From Candidatus Bruticola papionis (GTDB lineage: Bacteria; Vulcanimicrobiota; Xenobia; Xenobiales; Xenobiaceae), in contig DHKB01000019.1 of NCBI GenBank assembly GCA_002407045.1, positions 2,944 through 66,943 on the forward strand: a stretch of DNA of 64,000 bases, written 5' to 3'. Each line of letters starts with the position of its first letter. The first letter of the stretch is position 1. Below the pieces are notes generated by a model, which saw only the letters and a program-made list of their open reading frames with translations, did not search any database and was not told the DNA's origin. Position numbers and translations under genes: made by a program. Positions 26,105 to 35,938 of this stretch are shown in pieces.

Positions 26105-28126
26105 CTATTGTACGTCGCGAGTAATCTTATTGTCTTTTTTGATCTCTTCTTCAATCTTAGCGCGTAACTTAGCTTCTTCAGCTTTGTCAACAGCGGTAAG
26201 CTTGGCAATAGTAGGATCCTTTTTCCAAGCTTCGCCCTCTTGTTGGGCAGCTTTTATATCGTCTTGGCTAAGTTCAGCAGATAATTTATGATCTACTAAA
26301 AATTGAGCTTCACGAATTGCTAATTTCAATTGCAAATCGTTATCGGAACCTATTTTATTGGTAGGTCTCGATTCAAAGGCAATATCCGGCTTAATACCTT
26401 TAAGGTGAATATCCTTATCTTTAGGAGTAAGGTAGTGAGCTATAGTTATTTTTAAAGCGCCACCATCACTGAAAGGCTGCAAACCTTGGACGCTGCCTTT
26501 TCCGTAGGTAGTTTCGCCCACTATTAAAGCGCGTCGATAGTCTTTCATAGCACCGGAAGTAATTTCCGAAGCGCTGGCCGAGAAGCGATTGACCAAAACG
26601 ACCAAAGGCAACTTGGTACTGTTTTTGGAATTGGAGAAATAGGGCTCGCTGTAATTCAGACGTGGGTTAACTACGCTGGTTACTAAGCTTTTATTAGGCA
26701 AAAATTCAGAGCACAAACCAATAGCTGCATCGATATAGCCGCCGCCATTATTGCGCAAATCTACTATGAGGGCCTTAGCTCCATCTTTAACTAGATCGTT
26801 TAAAGCGGCGCCAAATTCTTGGGTAGTTTCTGAACCAAAGAAGCGTACTCGCAAGTAACCTATATCGTTAGGCAACATTTTGCCATTGACGCTAGGCACG
26901 TGAATACTAGTGCGTTGCAAAGCCACTTCAAAATTTTTGCCGTCGCGTTGCATACTCAAAACTACTGTGCTGCCCACTTTGCCCCTAATCATAGCGGCAG
27001 CTGTGTCCATATCTAAACTGCTAGTTTTTTTGCCGTCGATAGCCATAATTTTATCGCCAGGACGTACATCTTTAAGAGCAGCCGGTGTACCTTCGATAGG
27101 TTCGATAACAGTAAGCTGGCGGTTATTTTGCCAGTCAGCTTCCAAATAGATGCCCACTCCACCGTAATCGCTGGCTCCCAATTGCTCTTGAAGTATCTTT
27201 ACATCTTCCGGAGGCAAAGCCATGCTAAAAGGATCATTGATGGCGCAAATCATGCCATTTAAGGCGCTGTATAACAAATAAGTATCGGTAAGAACAACTG
27301 GCTTGCCATCAGCGTCTTTTATTATTTCCGAGTCGTCTGTATCTAATTCGGTTTTATCAGAATTGACTGAGTCGCGGCTGACCGCTTGCGGATCCTTAAG
27401 TACTTGTTTCTCTAAAGATTGCTCACTGTCAATGTCGTCTTTTTCGGCCTTTTTGTCGTCAGCTTTGATGCCTTTGGCTTTTTTGTCGTTGGCGTCGAGT
27501 TCAGCTAATCTAGTTTTGATGGCTTTTTCTAATTGCCGACGGTGAATAAAGCGCTGATTTTCAGGCAATTTAGCTATTCTGGCCAAAGCTTGCTCAAATT
27601 CTGTATCCAGAACTTGCAGCAACTCTTTGTCGCTCATTTTCTCGATCTTGGTTTCATCGAGTTTAGCTACGCCCAAATCTCGGTGGCCGAATTTATCTAA
27701 GCAATAGTTGATGCCTTCCAAGGCTCCGTTGACTAACTGAGCTGTAGACACTTCGCGAATATATTGCTTCTGAATGGAAGCTAAAGAATCGCGTAAGGCT
27801 GAACCAGCTATTAAAGAGCTTGGATGAGTATCTTTATTCTGGCTGCTGAAGTCTATTTTGGCTGCAGTCAGATCGATAGGAATTTCTCTGGAATTTTCTT
27901 TGGGCTTACTATAGAGAAAGAGAAATGGCACTATCAAAATCACAATGATAATGCTCAAAAGAGAGTCGAAAAGTATCTTCCTTAGTCTGCTTCGAGAAGC
28001 AGATCCGGACTTAACAGTTGTGGATTCAGACTCTTTCTCAGAGACCGCTTTCACTGTAGTTAAGTCCGAGAGTTTTGCCTTCGATTCTGTGCTTTGCTTT
28101 ATTTCTTCAGCAGCTTTGTTACTCAT
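26105..28126 (-). CDS. S41 C-terminal processing peptidase, paralog 1 (long charged N-terminal region)
   Basis: It has a PDZ domain (VRPGDKIMAIDGK), S41 catalytic motifs LIVDLRNNGGGY and VNRFSASASE, and an N-terminal TM segment. Confidence 0.85.
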   Translation of the reverse strand: MSNKAAEEIKQSTESKAKLSDLTTVKAVSEKESESTTVKSGSASRSRLRKILFDSLLSIIIVILIVPFLFLYSKPKENSREIPIDLTAAKIDFSSQNKDTHPSSLIAGSALRDSLASIQKQYIREVSTAQLVNGALEGINYCLDKFGHRDLGVAKLDETKIEKMSDKELLQVLDTEFEQALARIAKLPENQRFIHRRQLEKAIKTRLAELDANDKKAKGIKADDKKAEKDDIDSEQSLEKQVLKDPQAVSRDSVNSDKTELDTDDSEIIKDADGKPVVLTDTYLLYSALNGMICAINDPFSMALPPEDVKILQEQLGASDYGGVGIYLEADWQNNRQLTVIEPIEGTPAALKDVRPGDKIMAIDGKKTSSLDMDTAAAMIRGKVGSTVVLSMQRDGKNFEVALQRTSIHVPSVNGKMLPNDIGYLRVRFFGSETTQEFGAALNDLVKDGAKALIVDLRNNGGGYIDAAIGLCSEFLPNKSLVTSVVNPRLNYSEPYFSNSKNSTKLPLVVLVNRFSASASEITSGAMKDYRRALIVGETTYGKGSVQGLQPFSDGGALKITIAHYLTPKDKDIHLKGIKPDIAFESRPTNKIGSDNDLQLKLAIREAQFLVDHKLSAELSQDDIKAAQQEGEAWKKDPTIAKLTAVDKAEEAKLRAKIEEEIKKDNKITRDVQ

Positions 28127-28131
28127 AATTT

Positions 28132-29892
28132 TTATTGGCCAAACTTGGATTTAATGATAAAGCGGAAATTATGCTCTTTACCGTCAGTAGTTTTTACCGT
28201 AACGTTATCGACAACATTTTCGCCTTTTACATCCATAACTCTCTTGGTAATGGTGTAAGAGCCGGAAAGAGACTTCTCAATATGGGGAAGTTCATCAAAT
28301 ATGCCGTTTACTGAAATAAAAGTATCAGCTTCGGCAGCTTCTTCTTGCTTTTTAGCACTTTCTTGCTGAACTTTTGCTTCGGAAGCGACAATTTCCAAAG
28401 CTTTTTTCAGCTGAGTATCTTTCTCGCGCTCCAAAACGAGTTCATCTTCCATCTTTACTTCCACATCTGGCTTCAGACCAGCTTTGTGGATGTCGTGACC
28501 GGCTGGAGTATGATAATGGGCGGTGGTAATCTTAAAAGCAGAAGTTTTGTTGGCTGGGAATTGGTAAGGGAAAAGCTTTTGTACACTACCTTTACCAAAA
28601 GATTTTACGCCTACAAGTTGGCCGCGTTTTAAGTCGCGAATGGCGCCAGCGGTAATTTCTGAAGCGCTGGCTGAGTTGCTATTAATCAACACCACCAAGG
28701 GTTTTTGGGAAGAGTGCAAATTAGGGCGTGAGTAAATAATTTGTTCATGATCGGCGCCGTCGACAATAGATACGATACGACTGCCAGTTTTGACAAACTT
28801 GGAGCAAACATCGACAGCGGCAGAAACGTAACCGCCGGAATTGTTGCGCACATCAATAATGTAGGCTTGGCATCCTTGTTTTTCTAAATCGCGGACAGCA
28901 GCTTCCATTTCGGCGTTGGTACTTTCGCCAAAAATACCCAAAGCTAAATAACCGACTTTTACGCCGTCTTGTTCGATAACTTCATGCTTTAAAGTATCTA
29001 CGTGGATAACTTCGCGAGTTAAGGAAACGTCGAAAACGTGGCCAGAGCTAGGGCGACGAATAGTCAGCTTAACAGTGGAACCAGCTTCGCCGCGCAAGAG
29101 CTTGGAGCACTGGACTAAGCTCATACCATAAGTGGATTTGCCGCTTATATGGGTAATTTCGTCGTTATTGCGCAAACCAACTCGAGCAGCCGGCCCTTTT
29201 TCCATCACTTTATTGATGACTAAAACGCGGCTGTTGGCTGGATCTTTTTCGTCTCCGCTTAGACCCATAACGATACCTATACCGCCAAAATTGCCTCCGC
29301 TCATTTGTTCGTTGAGGTTCTTATACTCGTCAGGAGTCATGTAGACTGTATAAGGATCGTCGGTCGCTCTCATTATGCCTTTAAGAGCAGCCATAGTCAG
29401 CATCTGATCTTTCATTAACTGAGGATAGGTGTTGGCCGCTTTGATAAATTGAGAGCGTAACGATTTATTGGCTTCTTCAGGAGTAGCGTCGACGTCGATT
29501 TGCTTAAAGAAATCGGAAGTGAGCTTGTTGTCCTCCATAAATAATGTCATGGCATCGAAAGCACAATTGGTAATTTTTCCCGGCTTGGCTTTTTCTCTGG
29601 CTTCAGTTTTGACCAGGAGCAAAGCTTTATCGAGCATCTCCAAAGCGCTGTCCAAGTCTTTTTGGGAGACTTTGTTGACGGGAGCTTTCTGGGCTGCTGT
29701 TTTGCTAACTTTGGCTTTAGTTTTGTTGCTTTGTTTGGCTTTTTGAGCCAAAGTATGCTTGTAAACAGAATGCTGAGCCGAAGAATCTTGGGCAGTCCGA
29801 TTTTGATCAGGCTGAGCGCTTACAGGCAGAGAAATAAGCATAGCCAAAACTGCAGCGGCGGCAGCCGGAACAAAAGTGTGCTTTAAATTCAT
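28132..29892 (-). CDS. S41 C-terminal processing peptidase, paralog 2
   Basis: It has a signal peptide plus the motifs YIIDVRNNSGGY and LINSNSASASEITAGAIRD. A C-terminal extension is present. Confidence 0.85.
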   Translation of the reverse strand: MNLKHTFVPAAAAAVLAMLISLPVSAQPDQNRTAQDSSAQHSVYKHTLAQKAKQSNKTKAKVSKTAAQKAPVNKVSQKDLDSALEMLDKALLLVKTEAREKAKPGKITNCAFDAMTLFMEDNKLTSDFFKQIDVDATPEEANKSLRSQFIKAANTYPQLMKDQMLTMAALKGIMRATDDPYTVYMTPDEYKNLNEQMSGGNFGGIGIVMGLSGDEKDPANSRVLVINKVMEKGPAARVGLRNNDEITHISGKSTYGMSLVQCSKLLRGEAGSTVKLTIRRPSSGHVFDVSLTREVIHVDTLKHEVIEQDGVKVGYLALGIFGESTNAEMEAAVRDLEKQGCQAYIIDVRNNSGGYVSAAVDVCSKFVKTGSRIVSIVDGADHEQIIYSRPNLHSSQKPLVVLINSNSASASEITAGAIRDLKRGQLVGVKSFGKGSVQKLFPYQFPANKTSAFKITTAHYHTPAGHDIHKAGLKPDVEVKMEDELVLEREKDTQLKKALEIVASEAKVQQESAKKQEEAAEADTFISVNGIFDELPHIEKSLSGSYTITKRVMDVKGENVVDNVTVKTTDGKEHNFRFIIKSKFGQ

Positions 29893-30060
29893 GGTGAATT
29901 CTCCTGAATCGAACCTGGAGCGGTAACAAGCCGCTGTGGTGAATCTTTTTCTTATAGACTTTGCCCCTCGGTAAGGCTGGGCAAAGATCGCGAAGTCGCG
30001 AAATATCGTCGATCCCTTTCGCTAAGAAAGGAAAAAGCCCTTATTTTAGTTCTGAGATCG

Positions 30061-31788
30061 TTATTTTTGCTTCATTAATTCCTTTTGCAACAATTCAAAA
30101 GCTTTTTTCAATTGTTTGTCTTGCAAAGGTCGATAACGCAAACCAAAAGGAGCTTGAATTACATATTCGGGAATTAACCCCGATTTGCCCAAGTCCAAAT
30201 TGTCTGGCGTCCGATAGTGAGTATAAGTCACTTTGCAAGATGAAGTTTCTCCTGGAGGGAACTCAAAATTATAAATTTTTTGTGAACTATTCTTGCCAAA
30301 GCTAGCCGAACCAACTAAAAAAGCTGCTTTGTGGGCTCGCAAGGCGCCAGCGGTAATTTCTGCTGCTGAAGCTGTTTGCCCATCAATTAGAACGGCCATA
30401 GGCTTAGCTGGGTGGCTATTGCGGTAAGTATAAATAGTTTTTTCACTTTGGCCATTTTTGTCGACCAGTGAGGCTATAAGGCTGTGCTCTGGCAAAAATT
30501 TAGAGCATAAGTCTCTAGCAGCGTTGGTATAACCTCCTGGGTTACCACGTAAATCCAAAATATACCCTTGGCATCCTGCTTTTTCTAAGGCGATTAGAGC
30601 ACGTTCAGCTTCAATATTAGTCGAGCCATTAAACATATCGACTCTGAGTAAACCGATTTTTAACGGAGTCACTTTCTCGGCAAAATCACTGGAGCCACTT
30701 TCTGAAGTCGATTGCGCTGCAACTGATGGATTGGCAGTCGATTGACTGACAGTCTCTTCGGTTTCTGTTTCAGTGTCGGAAGTTGCTTTTAAGTCAAGAT
30801 TTTTGACCGAAAATCGACTTTGGGTATCAATATAAAGAATTTGTCCCCAAGCAGCTGGAAAATGGACTTCGGCTCTGGTTAAGAGCAACTTGCGACTGTC
30901 GGTTCGTCCCATTTTACGCATTAAGTCAGTGATGTAAGTTAGCGAAACTTGGCTGCCATTAGGGCCGCGCATAAGTTGCAAGCACTGTTGCGGATTTAGT
31001 TTAGCTAAGGGCTTATCATTAAGGGCGATAAGCTCGTCGCCTTGGCGCAAACCTGCTTTCAGAGCTGGAGAATCTGGGGCTAGCGTGGCTACCACAAAAT
31101 GGGAATGTCCCTGAGAGTCGCGGCTAGGAGTGAGTACTACGCCTAAGCTGCCAGAGTAGTCGCCGCTTAAATAATTATTTAAATCGTCGTACTCGTCCAA
31201 ACTGGCAAAAACGGTGTAGGCATCTTCGGCCGAATCGGTAATAGCTTGGGCTAAACAGACCGTAAACTTAGGATCGTTGCCTAATTCTGGGCAGTGCTTG
31301 ACGGCTTGGCGATACAGCGAAGTTATGTTTTGCAAAGCTTGCTCACGCTCTAAATTAGCGTTGTTGGCTTGGTATTCAGATAGCCATTGGCTATCTAAGC
31401 TGTGCTCTTTTAAAAACTCCTGGGCCCCTTCCAGCACAAATTGCCAAACTTTTTGAGGAGAAGGTGGCTCAATGGCGTTATCCAGCAAAATATTAAAAGT
31501 TTGGCCTAAAACGTCGCAGCTCACTTCTTCTAAGTTGCCAAGCTTTTGAGCTGAGCTTTCGAGGCTGTGAACTGCTGTGGCTGCAGGGAGGGAAGGGGCC
31601 TGCGCTTTAGGTGCAGCGGCGTCGTCCGCGTTGGTAGCGGCGGCTGCGTTTAGAGGCGAGCCATTTAGAACCAAAGCCAGAAGCAACGAACCAGCGGTTC
31701 GGAAAAGAAAATTTTTAGCTTTAAAACTGCTGGGCTTAACTATAAAATTTTCTTTGGCATTAAAGCTGGGGAAAAGATGCTTAGGCAT
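30061..31788 (-). CDS. S41 C-terminal processing peptidase, paralog 3
   Basis: It has a signal peptide plus the motifs YILDLRGNPGGY and LIDGQTASAAEITAGALR. Confidence 0.85.
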   Translation of the reverse strand: MPKHLFPSFNAKENFIVKPSSFKAKNFLFRTAGSLLLALVLNGSPLNAAAATNADDAAAPKAQAPSLPAATAVHSLESSAQKLGNLEEVSCDVLGQTFNILLDNAIEPPSPQKVWQFVLEGAQEFLKEHSLDSQWLSEYQANNANLEREQALQNITSLYRQAVKHCPELGNDPKFTVCLAQAITDSAEDAYTVFASLDEYDDLNNYLSGDYSGSLGVVLTPSRDSQGHSHFVVATLAPDSPALKAGLRQGDELIALNDKPLAKLNPQQCLQLMRGPNGSQVSLTYITDLMRKMGRTDSRKLLLTRAEVHFPAAWGQILYIDTQSRFSVKNLDLKATSDTETETEETVSQSTANPSVAAQSTSESGSSDFAEKVTPLKIGLLRVDMFNGSTNIEAERALIALEKAGCQGYILDLRGNPGGYTNAARDLCSKFLPEHSLIASLVDKNGQSEKTIYTYRNSHPAKPMAVLIDGQTASAAEITAGALRAHKAAFLVGSASFGKNSSQKIYNFEFPPGETSSCKVTYTHYRTPDNLDLGKSGLIPEYVIQAPFGLRYRPLQDKQLKKAFELLQKELMKQK

Positions 31789-31827
31789 AGAGGCCTCCCT
31801 TTCTGGCTTTGGTTAGGTGTAGGCTCG

Positions 31828-32994
31828 CTAAATGAAGCCTAAAGGATCGACAGGCTCACCGTTTATGCGCACTTCAAAGTGGAGGTGTGGGCCAGTAGAA
31901 TTGCCTGTAGAACCTACGGCAGCAATTTGTTGGCCTTTGGCCACCGACTGGCCGTAGGATACGTACAACTCGGAACAGTGCGCGTAAAGGGTGCTGTAGC
32001 CGCCGCCATGATCGATAATAATGCAATTGCCATAGCCGCCCATCCAGCCCGAGTCGATGACGACGCCGCTGTCAGAAGCGAGCACAGGGCTGCCGTAATA
32101 GGCGCCAATGTCAACGCCAGTATGGAAGCGCATTGTGCCGAATATGGGGTGAACACGATAGCCAAAGGGGGAAGTGATTGGCCCTTGTGCTGGCGTCAGG
32201 TAGCGCCCAGTGCCCCAAGTGCGCGTACCAGCGTTGGGAGCGGTGGGACGCATAATTATTTGGCTACGGCGCACAGTCGCTTGGATCTGATTTTCCAGCG
32301 CTTGGGTGCTGTTTTCTAGTTCGCTGACGTAAGAACTTAAAGAATCGCGTTGGCGTCTAGTATCAGCCAATAAAGAGGAACGTGTCTCTTCAATTTGTTG
32401 CAATTTTTTGACGCGATTCTCTTGAGCTTCTTTTAAGTCTTTAATTTGACGCACTGTGCGTTCAGATTGAACTTTTTTTACCTCTAACTCTTGTTTGAGG
32501 CTGCGCACTTGGCTGACCAATTGGCGATCATTTTCGATAATCAACGACAGATAATAAGTCTGGTCGATAAAATCGGTAAAGCTTTCTGCTCCTAAAAGGA
32601 CTACCAAATAGCCGACGTCACCTTGCAAATAGATCTCTCTAAGCCTTTTTCCCAAAACGCGCTGAGCTTTACTATATTCCTTAGTAGCTTCGCCTAAGCG
32701 TTTAGTAATATTTTTCAATTGCTTTTCAGCCGCTTGCAAGCTGACTTTAGCTTCGCGATAAGCTTCGCGACTATATTGCAAATCGGCTTGGGTATCACTC
32801 AGCTGCTGCGAAAGATCGCGCTCGCGTTCATTGATTATATCTAAGCGTTTGCGTTGAGCAGCCAACTGACTTTTCTTTTGACGCAATTGCGAATTGGGAT
32901 CTTGAGCTGAAGAAGCGTCAGAATAAAAGACAACCAGGCTAAAAAAAACAGCAACTAAGAGTAAAAGACTAAATTTGCGGTGTATACTCAACAA
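31828..32994 (-). CDS. Coiled-coil M23 (LytM) peptidase, EnvC-like
   Basis: An N-terminal signal/TM and long coiled coil precede a C-terminal M23 domain (HTGVDIGAYYGSPV...GNSTGPHLHFEV). It sits directly after ftsX. Confidence 0.85.
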   Translation of the reverse strand: MLSIHRKFSLLLLVAVFFSLVVFYSDASSAQDPNSQLRQKKSQLAAQRKRLDIINERERDLSQQLSDTQADLQYSREAYREAKVSLQAAEKQLKNITKRLGEATKEYSKAQRVLGKRLREIYLQGDVGYLVVLLGAESFTDFIDQTYYLSLIIENDRQLVSQVRSLKQELEVKKVQSERTVRQIKDLKEAQENRVKKLQQIEETRSSLLADTRRQRDSLSSYVSELENSTQALENQIQATVRRSQIIMRPTAPNAGTRTWGTGRYLTPAQGPITSPFGYRVHPIFGTMRFHTGVDIGAYYGSPVLASDSGVVIDSGWMGGYGNCIIIDHGGGYSTLYAHCSELYVSYGQSVAKGQQIAAVGSTGNSTGPHLHFEVRINGEPVDPLGFI

Positions 32995-33012
32995 GTCAAG
33001 TACCTCCTCAAA

Positions 33013-34305
33013 TTAAGCTTTCAAATAACGGTTGACGGAAATAAAACTTCCCAAAGCACCTACTAAGCAGCCCATAGTAATTAAGCCAATATTAAGGTAA
33101 GGCATAATGGCACCGGGAGGCAGAATAGGTAAGAAAGAAATACTTTTTTGCAACTGGGGAACGACTATGCGATAAGAAACGTCTATTAGCACTGAAGCTA
33201 AAGCGGCGCCAATTACACCTTGGGTGACGCCTTCTAAAATGAAAGGCCAGCGAATGAACCAATCGGCTGCGCCTACTAATTGCATGATGTCGATCTCTTT
33301 GCGGCGAGCGAATACGGTTAAGCGAATAGTATTGCTAATAATAAGCAAACTGGAGGCAAAAAGCATAATCAAAATAATTAAACCAACCATACGAATGATA
33401 TGGTTAAGCTTCATAAGTTTTTGAGCTTCTTCGCGGCCGTAATCTACTGTAGCGACATTGTCTATTTGAGCCAACTTATGAGCTACAGGCTCTAAGAAAG
33501 ACGGATCGTCTACCGGAACTTCGAAGGCGTCGGGCAGAGGGTTGCTTTCCAAGTCGTCCAAATCGAGTTTGGCATTTAAGCGCTTGCGCAGCTTTTTAAA
33601 TGCTTCATCTTTAGGCACGAAAGTTACTTTGGTTACGTGGCCAATATCGTAGGCGGCACTTTTAAAACTGTTGACTTGCTTGGCATCAAAATTTTGGCTC
33701 ATATAGACTTTTATTTGCATTTCGCCAGCCAATTCGTCAGCCAAAGACTCTAAATTGGCAATAATTAACACAAAGAAGCCTAAAATAAGGGCCAAAATCA
33801 TTACTGTGGAAATAGAGGCCACGCTCATCATAGGATTATGGCGCATATTGGTGAGCACTTCGCGCAAGAAGCACTCTAAGTAGTAACCTCCCGAAGGGCC
33901 GCGCCTCTTTTTAACTGGTAAATCTTCTTCATCTAAAACTTCGTCTACTGTAGGCGTTTTAGAGAGAGAAGGCGAGGATTTTTCCGCAATGGGAATAGGC
34001 TTTACGATTACTTCTTCATCGTCTTCTACTTCTCTTTCCACAGGGACGCTTTCTATGATGAGTGGTGGTTCCTGAGGCTTTTTATCTTCACTGCGCTCAG
34101 CTGGCCCTTTTACCGCTTGCATAGAGACAGTGCGATTTTTGTCATGCTCTCGACGAGCTGATTGATTCTCGGAAGCTTTAGCTGCAGCAGAAGCAGAACG
34201 ACTAGTTGCAGAAGTTTTCTTCAATTTGCTACCGCTGGGATCAAGTTTTGTTTGCTCAGCTTGAGGAGAAATGTCGATAAATCCTGATTTAGGCGGAATA
34301 CTCAT
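33013..34305 (-). CDS. ftsX: Cell-division permease FtsX with about 140-aa disordered N-terminal extension
   Basis: It has the FtsX topology: TM1, a large periplasmic loop, and three C-terminal TMs. The start overlaps the ftsE stop (ATGA). Confidence 0.85.
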   Translation of the reverse strand: MSIPPKSGFIDISPQAEQTKLDPSGSKLKKTSATSRSASAAAKASENQSARREHDKNRTVSMQAVKGPAERSEDKKPQEPPLIIESVPVEREVEDDEEVIVKPIPIAEKSSPSLSKTPTVDEVLDEEDLPVKKRRGPSGGYYLECFLREVLTNMRHNPMMSVASISTVMILALILGFFVLIIANLESLADELAGEMQIKVYMSQNFDAKQVNSFKSAAYDIGHVTKVTFVPKDEAFKKLRKRLNAKLDLDDLESNPLPDAFEVPVDDPSFLEPVAHKLAQIDNVATVDYGREEAQKLMKLNHIIRMVGLIILIMLFASSLLIISNTIRLTVFARRKEIDIMQLVGAADWFIRWPFILEGVTQGVIGAALASVLIDVSYRIVVPQLQKSISFLPILPPGAIMPYLNIGLITMGCLVGALGSFISVNRYLKA

Positions 34306-35051
34306 AATCCGAAGCCTCCGGCCGCTAAAGTTTCTTTAGTAATTTCAGTAGTGAAATACATACCGCGGGATAAATCTTGGGCCACTTCGCCGTGTTGCAT
34401 AACCACTACGCGCTTTTGCATAACGTCGACCATTTGCTGGTTGTGAGTAGCTACTATAACAGTAGTGCCGCGAGCATTTACCTTGGAGAGAATTTGCATA
34501 ATGTCCCAAGAAGAGTCGGGATCGAGGTTACCAGTAGGCTCGTCAGCCAAAAGGATGACAGGATCGTTTATTAAGGCTCTAGCTATAGCCACGCGTTGTT
34601 GTTCGCCTCCAGAAAGTTGGCTAGGTAAACGATCCGCTTTTTCGCGCAAGTTCACCAAAGTGAGCGCTTTGGTAACTTTACGGGGAATAACATAGCGGCT
34701 AGCTCCAGTTACTTGCATGGCATAAGCCACATTTTCAAAGACCGTTTTATGACCTAACAAGCGGAAGTCTTGGAATATTACACCGATGCGGCGGCGTAAA
34801 TAAGGAATTTGCGAGCGCTTCATATCGCTAATCTCTTCACCGTTAACGTAAACTAGTCCGGTAGTAGGATCGTTTTCGCGATAAATCAACTTCATAAGGC
34901 TAGACTTACCCGATCCCGTTTGGCCTACCAAAAAGACGAACTCACCATGCTTAATGGAAAGATCGACGCGGTTTAAAGCTCTAGTTCCGTTGGGGTAAAT
35001 CAAACTTACGTTATGTAGCTCGATAATAGGATCTTCTGCTGTGGGATTCAT
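34302..35051 (-). CDS. ftsE: Cell-division ABC ATPase FtsE
   Basis: Walker [10 protein letters not shown], signature LSGGEQQR and Walker B ILLADEPT are present. The start was placed at MNPTAED (35051). The upstream ORF extension is hydrophobic junk. Confidence 0.9.
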   Translation of the reverse strand: MNPTAEDPIIELHNVSLIYPNGTRALNRVDLSIKHGEFVFLVGQTGSGKSSLMKLIYRENDPTTGLVYVNGEEISDMKRSQIPYLRRRIGVIFQDFRLLGHKTVFENVAYAMQVTGASRYVIPRKVTKALTLVNLREKADRLPSQLSGGEQQRVAIARALINDPVILLADEPTGNLDPDSSWDIMQILSKVNARGTTVIVATHNQQMVDVMQKRVVVMQHGEVAQDLSRGMYFTTEITKETLAAGGFGL

Positions 35052-35141
35052 AAATAAATGGCCTTCGTTTATACAAAAAATCGCTATTGAATTGCCTAAA
35101 AGCAGAAATAAAGTCACTTTTAAGCAATTCAACTTTAGAAA

Positions 35142-35795
35142 TTAAGCGACGCTTGATTCCTTAGCCTGTTCGGCTTTGTGTTCTTTCCAAGCGTGAATGG
35201 CCACGGGAAGAACTGATAAAATAATAATACCAACCAGAGCTTTTTCCAAATGTTGTTGCACAAAGGGAATCTGGCCGAAGAAATAACCTACGCAAATCAT
35301 GCTAGTTACCCAGGCGATACCGCCTATACAATTGTAGGAAATAAAGCGAGGATAATGCATATCGGCTACGCCAGCTACTGTAGGAGCAAAGGTGCGAACA
35401 AAAGGCATGAAGCGAGCCAAAATAATGGTCATACCGCCGTATTTTTCATAGAAAGCTTTAGTCTTAAGCAAGTGATCTTTACGGAACCAGCGACTTTGTT
35501 CGCGCTGGTAAAGAGCGTGGCCAGCTTTTTTGCCTATCATATAACCTACCGAATCTCCCAAAACGGCCGCTATACACAGCCAGAAAAGTACATGCCACAC
35601 GTTAAGCAATTCCGGCTTGGTAGCGCAAACAAAACCGGATACAACCAATAAAGAGTCGCCGGGAAGGAAAAAGCCTACCAGCAAGCCTGTCTCGGAGAAA
35701 ATGATAATAAACAGAATAGTTAAGCCGCCCCAAGCGATGATATCCTGTATTCCTTCTATGGAGAAATAATGGAGCAAACTCTGTATAAATTCCAT
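35142..35795 (-). CDS. DedA/SNARE-associated family membrane protein
   Basis: It has the DedA core (GFFLPGDSLLVVSG ... ARFMPFVRTFAPTVAG). Confidence 0.8.
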   Translation of the reverse strand: MEFIQSLLHYFSIEGIQDIIAWGGLTILFIIIFSETGLLVGFFLPGDSLLVVSGFVCATKPELLNVWHVLFWLCIAAVLGDSVGYMIGKKAGHALYQREQSRWFRKDHLLKTKAFYEKYGGMTIILARFMPFVRTFAPTVAGVADMHYPRFISYNCIGGIAWVTSMICVGYFFGQIPFVQQHLEKALVGIIILSVLPVAIHAWKEHKAEQAKESSVA

Positions 35796-35938
35796 TTTAG
35801 TAATGTTCCTATCTTTTTAAGGGCTAAACTTGGTTGCTTTTTTTGTTAAGCCAACTATAAAAAGTGGCAACAAAACAAAAAGTGGCAACCAAACGCCGGG
35901 CCCTGCGTTCTGCGACTAAGTAGATTTTGCCTGTTATT

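Noticed and set aside
35052-35132. N-terminal 27-codon hydrophobic extension of the ftsE ORF.
   Set aside because: The conserved FtsE start ([15 protein letters not shown]) has its own ATG. The extension has no RBS and looks like non-coding sequence read in frame.
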